The notes beneath the pieces are model-generated. The model made no database searches. It was not told where the DNA came from and saw only the letters and a list, made by a program, of their open reading frames with translations. The translations under genes and the position numbers were made by a program. Positions 48,901 through 57,773 of a stretch of 64,000 nucleotides of DNA are shown piece by piece; within the stretch, counting starts at the first letter, position 1; every line of letters begins with the position of its first letter. Source of the stretch: a bacterium (GTDB lineage: Bacteria; Patescibacteriota; CPR2; UBA1875; CAIMLA01); NCBI GenBank assembly GCA_037129835.1, contig JBAXUE010000003.1:87275-151274 (forward strand). The letters run 5' to 3'.

Positions 48901-51900
48901 ATCGTATCAGTGCAAAAGACTATTCAAATGAAGAGTATGGACCGGTGCCCGCGAATGGTAATCAAAATCAGTTCGAGGTTTATGGCTACACCAAAGATAC
49001 CGAGAGTCCAGGGGTTTTGCCAACAGATGTGACTGCAGTAACCTGTGACGGTGCAAGTGTTCTAGCTTGTAATGATGACCTGGCCATGAGGGGCAGAAGA
49101 GTTTATGTTAGCTGGGCACCAGCAGAAGATAATATCTCAGCAATAGATTATTACGATATTTATAGAAGAGAAGGTGGCCCTAATGATCTAAACGGCTGGG
49201 ATAAAGTCGGTACGCTACCAGAAACTACGGATAACGAATTTACAAAGAGGGTATTTTACGACGACACCGTCGTAGATGCGAAATCATATTCTTACCGTAT
49301 TGTTGCGGTTGATAAGGCTAGACCATTGCCAGCGAATGCGACTGAGATAGTCCCAGGCGGTATGATTGATAATATTGAAAACGCTACCCAATCGGCAGTA
49401 TATGTTTATGATATTACACCGCCAGTAGTGCCCACTTCGTTTACTGTTCAACCCAAAGGCATTGATTGCTTTGATGTCGAGTGTACTCCGAAACAGATGG
49501 TCGGTATTAGTTGGCAAGAAACGACGGATAATACTCCAAGCAATAATATTTCGTATGAGCTGTATCGATCATTGTCAGCGACCTCGGGCTTCGGAGAAGT
49601 GGCGGCGGCGGCAACCATCTCGCCAGACAATACAGGCAAGTATTTCTATGAAGACAAGGCCTTGGATGATAGGACTACATATTATTACTACCTCAGGGTT
49701 ATTGACGGTCATGAAAATAGCGCAAATACTACGGTTATGGTAGTTACCACTGGTAATAGTTCAGCACCAACACCACCAAAAGATGTTTTAGTTTCTAATA
49801 GTGATAGTTCACTTACAGATCAAGCACATCAGCTTAGGGTCAGCTTTGTCGGTAGTTATGCAAGAGGGTTTGATTCAGTCACTAAAGAAAACGGAATCGT
49901 AGGTTATGATTCGTACATCTCGCAAACAAATATTATACCTGATATGCTTCAAGACCCAACAGACGGTACTACGAATAACTGTATTGATAACGAAACCGCC
50001 GATGACTGTTGGATAAGAATAAATAATGCTACGGTTGCAAATACCCAGACCCTTACTACACCGATCGGAGACGATTCTCATATTGTTAGAGCGTTTACTG
50101 CCGCAAATCTTACAGAAACAACACAATATTATTTCCGCATTCGTGCAGTGGACAACGGAAAAAATATTGACGGTTCAGATGCACCTCTTAAGTCACTTTT
50201 TACAGCGGTAACGCCTCTAGTTAAAAAAAGTGGTGGCTGGGAGGTTACGCGCGATCTCACTGTACCGCCGCTTCCAACTGGAGGCCTAGAGGTGAAAGTT
50301 ACTAATACTCACCCAAATACCACAGTACTTCGCAACATCGTTACTTGGAAGATTCTTAGTGAAAAACCTTTAAGAAAGAAACTACCATTTGAAATAGCTT
50401 ATAACGCCACGACGAATCCAAAAGGTTGTAAAGCGGTAGCAGTAAACGGAGTAGACTACTGCAACGATTTTTATAGCTTTGAATTATATAGAGAGGTATT
50501 GGACGTAGATAATAATGTAATATACGAAAGTTCTACCCCGATAAAGACAGAAATTAATCCTGAGACAAACTTTTATATCGATGAGATAGGTAACACAGAT
50601 CTTATCGGTGGTACGGGTGATAGCTCATTCCTTATCGATGCCAAAATAAGATATTATGTTAAAGTCGTTGATAGTTCTATCTATAACTTCAACTACCCAG
50701 ATGGCACTAGTATCAATGCACTTCCAAACAAAACCGAGAGGCAAGATTCTGGATCCACTATTATTCCTGCCAAGTCGATACCAAGCATATTGGGTTTAGT
50801 CACGGTTTCTGACATTGGTGTTTCTTCGGCGACTGTTTCGTGGACGACCAATCAATCAACAGATGCCGTAGTTGAATTTCGGAAAAAGTATAAAAATGGT
50901 AACTCAGGGGAGTTAAATGACGGTACTTATCAGGTTATCGGAGAGAATAGTAACCCTGTTATACACGTAGAAACAGAAAATCATGCCGTACAAATGTTCG
51001 GCCTTCAAGCAGAGACTGAATATGATTATCGAGTTGTTTCAAAGAATTATTTGGCGAACACAGTTTATAGAAGTGGTAATGACGTGCCAACCTTAAAGAC
51101 TAAAGGATTCACCATCACCTATTTGCCGAATCGACTATCAACTACAACTGTATCTGCAGAACTACGTTGGTCTACCAATATGCCGTCAAATTCAAATATG
51201 GTTGAGTTTAGAGAAAGCAATGGGACACAAAACGGTGCAGTGGCTGAAACGCCACTAAAAACAGAGGAAGTTACTACTTGGGCAAAAAACTGTGAAGCGA
51301 ATCCAAACTCTCAGCTTTGCTCTCATTCGGTAATTATCTCTCCTTTAAAGAAAAGTACAGAGTATACAATAAATATAGTTTCTGTTTCTCTCGACAATTA
51401 TAATACAAGCTCTGGGCTTCAGAAATTTACGACTGCAAGCTCTGATTCTAAACAGTTTACGGTTAAGCCATCTGCTTCGAATGTCGCTGAAAGAAATATT
51501 ACTGCCACTTCGGCTCAAATAGTTTTCCAGACCGCAGAGAGCACAACTGCTACTCTTTACTATGATGTTGAGAGCGGTGCTCCAACCTATGAGCCAAAAG
51601 ATTATAAGCTTACTGCTACAGACGCATTGAATAGCACTACTCATCAGATCCTCGTCGATGGACTCGAGCCGGGCAAAAAATATTATTATATTGTAAAGGT
51701 TGATAATGGGCTTCTTTCCTACACTTCCCCAGAGTCTTCGTTTACTGCGGTTCTAAAACCAAAAATATCAAATCTTAAAGTAGCCGAAGTAAAGCCATAC
51801 TCATTCCAGGTTACCTGGGAAACAAATATTGATACTGAAACGCTCATCAATTTAGGTGCGGGCTCGGCAAACTATAGCGAGAAAAGAGGCAAGCCCGGAC

Positions 51901-52451
51901 TAGTTAAGAGTCACGACCTCATGGTTGATCAACTTACTGATAACACAGAGTATCATTATCAGATATTAGCCAAAGATGACACTGGCAATGAAGTTGCCTC
52001 TAGTGACTCTATTATAAGAACACCACTAGATACAGAGGGGCCAAAGATATCTGGCGTAAAAGTAGATATCTTACCAATGGGAGAAAATGATACCAAGTCT
52101 TCGGTAATCATTTCCTGGATAACTGACAAGCCAGCCACCACCTTGGTAGAGTATGACAAAGGTGTCATCGGCGGCGATTATGGCAACCGTTCTGTAGAAG
52201 ATACTTCTCTTAATAATTCACACACCGTTATCATTAAGGGTCTTGATCCCGCTGCTTCCTATCACTATCGTATTATTTCCAAGGATAAACGAAATAATAT
52301 TACTGAATCACAGGATTATACGTTTGTTACGCCTAGTAGAGAAAAATCTATCTTACAGCTTATACTTAAATCATTTGAAGAAACATTTGCTTGGACCCAG
52401 AGATTAAACGAGTTTTTTGGGAGTTTGGGCAAGAGATTTGCCGGAAAGTAA
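42918..52451 (+). CDS. giant (3177 aa) surface protein with Gly-rich, Ig-like and fibronectin type III repeats
   Basis: TM plus AEA cleavage-like site near residue 110, many YY(F/Y)RVRA.D..GN and D.T.P boundaries, C-terminal W.T...H.V.I..L FN3 repeats, amphipathic C-terminal helix. Confidence 0.9.
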   Translation: MKPKKAYFKFQKKEAIIRPSKIGSFSVHDYFIKTQLFILEIFSKLHLVLRKPHDQAYKNIKIYKNYSDHPASGPINRSVAAGFVASLAIFLTLQYVVPNLFDTFKPNKAEASSTSKQWTLDTDFNNNTPTTGVATNRVLAVLPGTSSVTLGSKTVTGTGTDFTTSVNTYSPKEVAINGISYAVASVESNTSLTLRDNYPTATASGLALSHKSDTALLGTATLVSGSAAVVGVGTNFNTSVKKFASPILIRISGTAYTVSTVTDDTHLTLSANSAVSGAGLPISYDNAVVGNNAVSLHSGPVATTLTYGLGGNVGKTTAGTYSLAVPAGITGFTVDIKGAGGGGDTGGGAAGTAGGVTKLSYSTYDATANSGSGTGVVGTASISGFTGLTAVSGQGNAGGAGGYGTPVYYDGGCQYDSCDQPYGCWAPYWDYGPLGASGGAGGRITGSITTAQVAGQTLSVVVGAGGGGYTAGSIGTIVVTYFTTGYNSTGTLSGLKIDSGSNVKSKWNTVSWVGTTTGAGTNPIKFRTRGSNMASPTTVTGSADTGWTYWNNDATNVAYYTSTGATLVTIPTRWLEIEATLTTSDITVTPSLTDFTINYDTLDAPTNLAQYKADTTTAISANYTNETSFVAKANLGVPLKNSTPITPQFEIRTTDTGWTGAVAVPAGVTATPTSIVYTCTVDPCAALGVQTVGTITGLTAGTSYYYRVRTTDATGRVSGWSASSSFVNPDQAAPTIIAFVNDGTSADIIYSSSLSQLSANWGASTDAISGLQKYQYAIGTTSGGTNTLTWTDNGTATAVTKTGLSLVEGTTYYFTVRAVDNVGNTSLVTTSNGQLVDVSSPTGTISIKDTESPYSDNYSNAKLVKLILTPVETGSGMKDFQLSNDGVTWGTATSTLGVVTNSGTWGTWSDAYNSTGFSGWYLSGADGSKSVYVKYRDVALNVSGTQGSYSPTASTSWTIPNGIASINFTFVGAGGGGCYGPRYKHTGTSGGNGGDSGITIGANIYKALGGTGATGEYDSDCGIGTDGGTSFPAGFVPTQNVTGGAGNGGPNPGDDYYAGGPGGAGGLLAGTIGVSGGSATISVGAMGSPNGGAGSVLITYSQNISATTTLDTTAPTAAITYSLSRNVKTGDVQRITATFNEDILAGTLPKVAISGSNTLAATDMVRTDATHYYYDYTVGAGNGASTIALSVGTDLAGNVVTSAPTSGATFTVDNVLPTITSATSTTANGYYKAANIVNVTVNFSEIVSSIGSVTVNLDSGGACSFIITNSNSGSCNYTVGASDNSSDLNTSSISGNIKDLALNTLTNFAPAASLASSKAIVIDTTAPTAAITYSLSRNVKTGDVQRITATFNEAMLVGTLPKVAISGSNTLAATDMVRTDATHYYYDYTVGAGNGASTIALSVGTDLAGNVVTSAPTSGATFTIDNIVPTLTTVTIASNNTINHVAKMGNQITLTIVASESVTTPTVIIAGNSATVTGTGTNYSAVYTMVSGDTQGTVLFSISAFQDSALNTGSVVSTNTGGNNITYDRTNPDQITITSVSPATNNTGEQTVTWADYTDSAPTSGFGKYVLQRKKSTDVDFSDISPSVEITSQSTHTYLDHIAQSSNSSGTYYYRVIAYDRAGNSSNGAASQAVVIDNQAPAGTLHILDTVNGTDPKATKNSTVNLSFILTDDYSGVSSYSIDNGDGNWSESTDISSDGLSHSGTYTGWALVNPSTEGTKTVRIKLADKAGNEVTNISHTIILDTTSPDSISSVVAYSDDTQETSISETGDSLGWYPYTGPNFKFISSDQVSGIKEFKYCIYRPSSESCDYTANSAVSASQINNSKSYTGNVTLELTDFGNNNMQGELLFKVIGVDYVGKTSAPSTYTYKFDNTVPTYVNNFSATQGTYTDKIVLTWDKSSNITPVAPIEKYKIERVQSSYYNGINDSDWTQFINYQNITCQTATPYVCLDKDGVQVGNISLDGSSYKFENKPEVDGISSTSTDASLLSSTKYIYRISAKDYSNEEYGPVPANGNQNQFEVYGYTKDTESPGVLPTDVTAVTCDGASVLACNDDLAMRGRRVYVSWAPAEDNISAIDYYDIYRREGGPNDLNGWDKVGTLPETTDNEFTKRVFYDDTVVDAKSYSYRIVAVDKARPLPANATEIVPGGMIDNIENATQSAVYVYDITPPVVPTSFTVQPKGIDCFDVECTPKQMVGISWQETTDNTPSNNISYELYRSLSATSGFGEVAAAATISPDNTGKYFYEDKALDDRTTYYYYLRVIDGHENSANTTVMVVTTGNSSAPTPPKDVLVSNSDSSLTDQAHQLRVSFVGSYARGFDSVTKENGIVGYDSYISQTNIIPDMLQDPTDGTTNNCIDNETADDCWIRINNATVANTQTLTTPIGDDSHIVRAFTAANLTETTQYYFRIRAVDNGKNIDGSDAPLKSLFTAVTPLVKKSGGWEVTRDLTVPPLPTGGLEVKVTNTHPNTTVLRNIVTWKILSEKPLRKKLPFEIAYNATTNPKGCKAVAVNGVDYCNDFYSFELYREVLDVDNNVIYESSTPIKTEINPETNFYIDEIGNTDLIGGTGDSSFLIDAKIRYYVKVVDSSIYNFNYPDGTSINALPNKTERQDSGSTIIPAKSIPSILGLVTVSDIGVSSATVSWTTNQSTDAVVEFRKKYKNGNSGELNDGTYQVIGENSNPVIHVETENHAVQMFGLQAETEYDYRVVSKNYLANTVYRSGNDVPTLKTKGFTITYLPNRLSTTTVSAELRWSTNMPSNSNMVEFRESNGTQNGAVAETPLKTEEVTTWAKNCEANPNSQLCSHSVIISPLKKSTEYTINIVSVSLDNYNTSSGLQKFTTASSDSKQFTVKPSASNVAERNITATSAQIVFQTAESTTATLYYDVESGAPTYEPKDYKLTATDALNSTTHQILVDGLEPGKKYYYIVKVDNGLLSYTSPESSFTAVLKPKISNLKVAEVKPYSFQVTWETNIDTETLINLGAGSANYSEKRGKPGLVKSHDLMVDQLTDNTEYHYQILAKDDTGNEVASSDSIIRTPLDTEGPKISGVKVDILPMGENDTKSSVIISWITDKPATTLVEYDKGVIGGDYGNRSVEDTSLNNSHTVIIKGLDPAASYHYRIISKDKRNNITESQDYTFVTPSREKSILQLILKSFEETFAWTQRLNEFFGSLGKRFAGK
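46248..47195 (+). repeat. 312-bp intragenic direct repeat (46248-46559 and 46884-47195)
   Basis: Near-identical DTTAPTAAITYSLSRNVKTGDVQRITATFNE...ATFT(V/I)DN modules 636 bp apart. Confidence 0.9.
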
Positions 52452-52538
52452 CTTTCTCGTCTAAAGTAGCCGCCTACATACAAAATCATAAAGTCGAAAA
52501 TTATAGCCCGAAACAAGTATTCGGGCTATAATCTATTC

Positions 52539-52982
52539 ATGCGTATTACCAAACAAGAAATAAAAAATAATGAAATCAGCGCCAGAAAATATCTTGAAGA
52601 TTATAATCTTGGGCAAGAACTTGCCTTTGATCATTTTGGTCTCCAGGCCCTGACAACAGACGAGTATCTTGAGCTAAAAGAGTTTTTCATTATAAGAGCA
52701 AAATTTGAGGGGGAAATTCATTTTCATGAACGACGTTTGGGCAAGTTTTACCTCGGTGATAAAAAGGACAAAATGGAACTTATTGAGCCGCATCCAGGAC
52801 AGGTATTTGTCCAGTATGATTGTTTCGTGGAACACGTAGCATTTAAGGTAAAATATATCGATAGGCTAAGAGATATACTCAAAGACAGAATTATCACCGA
52901 TTTTAACATTGAGGGTGCAAAAGGATTTAAGGTACAAGGACCAGGGGCACTTCTTATTGAGTTTCGGAATAACGAATTCTAG
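52539..52982 (+). CDS. VOC/YecM-like metalloprotein
   Basis: FDHFGL, ELIEP, EHVAF, IEF metal-ligand pattern. Confidence 0.65.
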   Translation: MRITKQEIKNNEISARKYLEDYNLGQELAFDHFGLQALTTDEYLELKEFFIIRAKFEGEIHFHERRLGKFYLGDKKDKMELIEPHPGQVFVQYDCFVEHVAFKVKYIDRLRDILKDRIITDFNIEGAKGFKVQGPGALLIEFRNNEF

Positions 52983-53096
52983 CTGTAATTATTACTATAT
53001 CTTCTTTTTTTATAATAACTTACTCCACTTTTGCATAGCCAGGGTGGAGGCATTAACCTGTCTGTTGCAGGCAGAGACCGAGCCTCAATATTTTAC

Positions 53097-53825
53097 TGTT
53101 CGAAGTCTGGTAGTAGTTGGCTTGAGAACTGCTCCCCACGTCATTCCTCAATCTAGTTGAGGACAGGCTCTAAACTTGATTTAGGATCTCTTTCATATTG
53201 TTCGAATTCTAATGAGAACTATAGACACATGTTATGTGTTATTTTCTTTTCAATTTTCTCTTGAAAGAAAAATGAGTTAACCTGCCTGCCGCAGGCGGGA
53301 TTCAAGAAAAATCCTTCTTCGCACCCTAGCTTCCGACGTCGCTAAAGCTATGCTGGACAAATCGGACGGACAGGTCGAACTATTTCTACTCCCCGTTGTC
53401 ATTCCGGACTTGATCCGGAATCTAGATTCCCGCTTTCGCGGGAATGACGGGAGTGGGGACGATTGTCGGGTGCGTGACACCAAAGCGATTTTTCATAGGA
53501 ATTAACACTCAAAGCCCAAACCCTTACATCATCCTGAGTCGAAACGAAGCTTGCCTGCGGTAAGCAGGGATCCATGTCCACTCTCCTTATCGTTCGAATT
53601 CTAATGAGAACTATAGATACAAGTTATATGTTATTTTTCATAGAACCTACGTAATCCAACCATCAGGTCGAAAAGAAAGAGAGTTAAGTAGCGAACATAT
53701 AATAAATAACTTCCGGTATCGGCTTGTTGTTATTTATTATATTAGAGTTACTGTAACGAAAGATGCTTTAAAGAATCTGCTTGCTCGTTCCGCCCGCCCG
53801 AACGACCTTCAGGTCGGGCAGGTAA
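53097..53825. repeat. mosaic of REP-like palindromes and a 46-bp direct repeat
   Basis: GTCATTCCGGACTTGATCCGGAATC, GATTCCCGCTTTCGCGGGAATGAC, CCTGCCTGCCGCAGGCGGG, GCCCGAACGACCTTCAGGTCGGGC; direct repeat at 53200-53245 and 53592-53637. Confidence 0.8.
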
Positions 53826-53888
53826 CCTTGGTGAAGGAGGGTTAGGTTGGGCTTTTTGCACCACTTTTATCAAAAAAGTGGTAGTAAA

Positions 53889-54968
53889 CTACACATTAAA
53901 TTTAAATATCATTACATCGCCGTCTTGAACGATGTAATCTCGACCTTCGAGCCGAACCTTACCATCTGTTTTTGCCCCTACCCAGCCGTTATTTGAGATT
54001 AGATCACTGTAATTAACAACCTCTGCTTTGATAAAGCCTTTCTCGAAATCTCCATGAATTACGCCTGCGGCTTGTGGTGCCGTCCAGCCTTTTTTGATCG
54101 TCCAGGCTTTTATCTCTTTTTCTCCTGCAGTAAAGTACGTCTGTAGTCCTAGAAGGTCGAAACCTTTTTTTACGAGCGTGTCTAGGCCAGGTTCGTTCTG
54201 TCCTAGTTCTGCAAGATATTCGCGCTTTTCTTCTTTTGATAGTTCATTTAGCTCTGATTCTATTTTGGCTGAAATAAATACAGCATTTTGTGGTTTGATA
54301 TTTGTTTTTTGTATCAACGCCTTCGTATTTACTAGATGTTTTTCATCCCCATTAAGGACATAAATATGTGGTTTTGCCGTTAATAGACTTAGATCGGCTA
54401 TATGTTCATGTTCTTTTTCATTTAGTTCCATTTCTCGGATAGGGATAGTTGAGTTTAGAGATATTTCTACTTTCTCTAAAGTATCTAGAAGTGGTTTCAG
54501 TTTTGGTTCTTTTTTAATTTCTTTTTGTGTTTTTTCTAGCTTGCGAGTAACTGTTTCTATGTCTGCAAGTATTAGTTCGGTTTTAATCGTTTCAATGTCA
54601 GATATGGGGTCAATAACACCCGAAACATGCAGTACATTGCTGTCTTCAAATACCCGGACTACTTCTGCGATAGCGTCACAAGAGCGAATATTCGCTAAAA
54701 ATTTGTTCCCTAGGCCCTCACCAGTGCTAGCTCCCTTTACTATACCGGCTATATCTATAAATTCTACGACTGCGGGGACTAGTTGTTTAGTGGATATAAC
54801 TTTTTCCATTTCTGATAGACGATTGTCGGGTACGGCAACAATCCCAACATTTGGGTCTATAGTACAAAACGGGTAGTTTTGTGCCTCAACTTGATTGTTG
54901 GTGATAGCGTTGAACATTGTTGATTTGCCCACATTGGGTAATCCTACTATGCCGATAGATAGATTCAT
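53889..54968 (-). CDS. ychF: redox-regulated ATPase YchF
   Basis: GIVGLPNVGKST, NYPFCTIDPN, GEGLGNKFL, TGS domain. Confidence 0.97.
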   Translation of the reverse strand: MNLSIGIVGLPNVGKSTMFNAITNNQVEAQNYPFCTIDPNVGIVAVPDNRLSEMEKVISTKQLVPAVVEFIDIAGIVKGASTGEGLGNKFLANIRSCDAIAEVVRVFEDSNVLHVSGVIDPISDIETIKTELILADIETVTRKLEKTQKEIKKEPKLKPLLDTLEKVEISLNSTIPIREMELNEKEHEHIADLSLLTAKPHIYVLNGDEKHLVNTKALIQKTNIKPQNAVFISAKIESELNELSKEEKREYLAELGQNEPGLDTLVKKGFDLLGLQTYFTAGEKEIKAWTIKKGWTAPQAAGVIHGDFEKGFIKAEVVNYSDLISNNGWVGAKTDGKVRLEGRDYIVQDGDVMIFKFNV

Positions 54969-55289
54969 TATGCCTCATAATTGTTTATTTTCAGTCAGTA
55001 TTTTAGCACAAAATCACATATTTTGCACATGCCCTACAGAAAAATGTAGAACATTAGTTTAGTGAAAGCATAAACTGGGTAATTATAAGCCACTTAACCT
55101 ACTATTTTTGATATTAATATACTTGTTGGCAATAGTATTTATTGTATAATGTACTTAGTGATATAACTCGGAGGGGATATGGTTATTATGAATTCTTTGG
55201 GTAATATAACATGTTGGCCTATTTTTGATGTTCGCCATCCTGTTTTTTTTGGTAGTCCATTTTTAAAAATAACAAATAGAGGCGAATAA

Positions 55290-56324
55290 ATGGGTCTTTT
55301 CTTTAATAACAATGATTTTGTAGGAATCGAAATAGGAAATACCGCAATCCGTTTAGTTCAGCTTCGGTTGGTCGGGAAAAAGTATACTTTAATTTCTTTT
55401 GGCTCAGCACAGTTACCGCCAAAAATCGTTCAAAGCGATAGCAAGCTCGATATGCAGAAGGTTGCAGCTATTATTCAGCAGTTAGTAAAGTCATCTAAGG
55501 TCACAACTAAAAATGTCGCAACTGCTCTTCCTGCTTCTGCGGTATTCTCATTTATCGCAAAGATGCCACCGATGTCTCATGCCGAGTTAGAAAATGCTAT
55601 CAGATACCAAGCAGAACAAAATATTCCTCTGAAAATCGAAGATGTAAGAATAGATTGGCAAGTGATTCGAGAAAATCCAACAACTCATGAGACAGCAGTT
55701 ATGGTTGTCTCTGCGCCCAATAAAAACGCTTCAAGACTCCTCGAAATATTCAACATGGCAGATATGAATGTTATATTTCTTGAAACAAATTCTATCGCCA
55801 ATTCTAGGTCACTATCAAATCTGAATGATCCAATTGTGATGATTGTCGATATCGGAGCCGCCACAACAGAGATCACTATCGTTGAGAATAGTGTAGTTTC
55901 TCACGTGCGTAGTGTTTCTTCGGGCGGATACGCCTTTACTAGAGCTATTTCGCAAGGTCTGGGTTTGGACATTACCCAAGCCGAACAATTCAAACAAAAG
56001 TTTGGCATGTCGCAAGATAAGCTAGAGGGACAAGTATATAAGACACTAAAGCCTTTTGTCGGAAATATAACAGATGAGATACGAAGATCGATGAAATACT
56101 ATTATGAACAATTCGGAACCTCGGTACAAAAGATAGTTTTGACTGGTGGTAGTTCTCGCATGCTATTACTAGCAGAAAATATAAAAAATACATTAAATGT
56201 TGAAGTTACCTTTGGCAATCCGTGGATAAATGTAAAGGCTCAGCCCGAAGTAGTAGCGAAATTAAATGACATAGCCCCAGAGTTCGCTACAGTTGTCGGT
56301 CTTGCCATGAGAGATAACAAGTGA
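55290..56324 (+). CDS. pilM: type IV pilus assembly protein PilM
   Basis: GIEIG...IRLV, VDIGA..T, LTGGSS, F....GLA.R actin-like fold. Confidence 0.9.
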   Translation: MGLFFNNNDFVGIEIGNTAIRLVQLRLVGKKYTLISFGSAQLPPKIVQSDSKLDMQKVAAIIQQLVKSSKVTTKNVATALPASAVFSFIAKMPPMSHAELENAIRYQAEQNIPLKIEDVRIDWQVIRENPTTHETAVMVVSAPNKNASRLLEIFNMADMNVIFLETNSIANSRSLSNLNDPIVMIVDIGAATTEITIVENSVVSHVRSVSSGGYAFTRAISQGLGLDITQAEQFKQKFGMSQDKLEGQVYKTLKPFVGNITDEIRRSMKYYYEQFGTSVQKIVLTGGSSRMLLLAENIKNTLNVEVTFGNPWINVKAQPEVVAKLNDIAPEFATVVGLAMRDNK

Positions 56325-56893
56325 AAATCAATTTAATCCCAGAGATTAGACAAGAGCAAGTCAGGATACAAAAGACAAATGCCCTTGTCACAATGATAGC
56401 CATTATTCTGGCGGTAGTTTTGGGGGCGATAATTTTACTTCTAAGTGGAATGTTTCTAGCTAGAATGGCACAGGCCAATCAGTACAACGCTTCAATTACA
56501 CAAATAAATAAGAATATTAAGTCTCAAGCTGCATTAGAAAAAACGGTAATAGATGTTTCAAAAGGCATCCAAGATGTAAAAAGTATTTTAGGAACAGATA
56601 ATAAATGGAAGAATTTTTTTAGTGATCTCGAAAAAGCAACCCCTGGAGATGTTAGATTCAAATCGCTTAGTATTACGTCAGACGGCAAGGCCTCTGCCGA
56701 AATGGAAGCAAGAGATGTTACTTCATTGGACCGATTTCTTACGTCTTTTTCAACGTATAAACGAAAAGACCTAGTTACAAATACTGATAAAAATAATTTA
56801 TTTTCAGACGTAGTGGTAGCAGGCTATAATGTGGATGATACAGGTAAAATAAATTTTTCTGCTACTTTCTTAGTAAATTTAAAGGAACTATAA
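56321..56893 (+). CDS. pilN: PilN-like protein
   Basis: INLIP N-terminal motif, TM, position after pilM. Confidence 0.8.
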   Translation: MKINLIPEIRQEQVRIQKTNALVTMIAIILAVVLGAIILLLSGMFLARMAQANQYNASITQINKNIKSQAALEKTVIDVSKGIQDVKSILGTDNKWKNFFSDLEKATPGDVRFKSLSITSDGKASAEMEARDVTSLDRFLTSFSTYKRKDLVTNTDKNNLFSDVVVAGYNVDDTGKINFSATFLVNLKEL

Positions 56894-57481
56894 GTGGATA
56901 TAGAATTCGATAAAGAAATATTTAATCATTATAAATACGCGATTATTACGGGCCTTGCTGCTTTTTTTATATTCATTTTTACAGTATTTATTATCATCAT
57001 CCCACTGTATCAAACCGCGAGTGCAAAAGCCAAAGAGGCAGAAGCGGCATTGGTTTTACTAAAGGAAACACAAGAAAAAGAAGCTGTTTTAAATAACCTT
57101 AAAAGCCAAGGAGATGAACTTAAAAAGACTTCCGAGCTTCTTGCTACCGCCCTACCGATATCTAATGATGTCGGGCCTCTCTTTATCCAGCTTAGCGCGC
57201 TGATAGTCCAAAACGGCGGTAAGGTTAAAGGGATTGCCGGTGCAGCGGGTAATGAACTGGTTGCAACAACAACCGAGCAAATAACTTCGATGGTAAATCT
57301 AAACAAGTATACGTATGTTCTACCAATAGAATTTAGTAGCTATAGTAAGCTCAAGACTTTTATCGATGATGCGAAGCAGGCATTGCGCTTGATAGAAATC
57401 AGTAGTATTACGATATCTTCATCAGATAAAGAAAAAATAAACGCAACGATAACGGTAGTTACATATACTAGGAGCAAATAA
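56894..57481 (+). CDS. pilO: PilO-like protein
   Basis: TM, coiled coil, ALP, Y..L..F.....RL..I. Confidence 0.75.
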   Translation: MDIEFDKEIFNHYKYAIITGLAAFFIFIFTVFIIIIPLYQTASAKAKEAEAALVLLKETQEKEAVLNNLKSQGDELKKTSELLATALPISNDVGPLFIQLSALIVQNGGKVKGIAGAAGNELVATTTEQITSMVNLNKYTYVLPIEFSSYSKLKTFIDDAKQALRLIEISSITISSSDKEKINATITVVTYTRSK

Positions 57482-57754
57482 ATGAAAAAAAAGGACATAA
57501 TAACATTGGCAGTTAGTGGAGTAATACTGATTGGTTGCGCGGTATTTGTGATAATGGTATTTTTTCCTTCTTTTGGTCTCAACCCCAGTGCTACAGTAGA
57601 AACAAAAACGGTAACAAGCCAGACAAAAATAACCGAAGAGGCGATAAATAGTCAAGAAAGCAAAGATGTAATAAATAAAATAAATGAATTAAAAAAATAT
57701 GGCGAAACAGATTTGGATAATATCGGTCGGCCCAACCCTTTTGGGCCATTATAG
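57482..57754 (+). CDS. small TM pilus accessory protein (PilP-like position)
   Basis: TM and C-terminal GRPNPF motif. Confidence 0.65.
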   Translation: MKKKDIITLAVSGVILIGCAVFVIMVFFPSFGLNPSATVETKTVTSQTKITEEAINSQESKDVINKINELKKYGETDLDNIGRPNPFGPL

Positions 57755-57773
57755 ATTGACGGAGTGATAATAA

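Noticed and set aside
53277-53581. Short minus-strand ORFs (68 and 60 aa)
   Set aside because: They are translations of REP-like palindromes (SFPRKRES, HSRESGN, LDSGSSPE).
53200-53637. CRISPR array or DGR template/variable repeat pair
   Set aside because: Only two copies with a 346-bp gap, no cas or reverse transcriptase gene in the window, mismatches not all adenine-specific on one strand, and neither copy is in a credible CDS.
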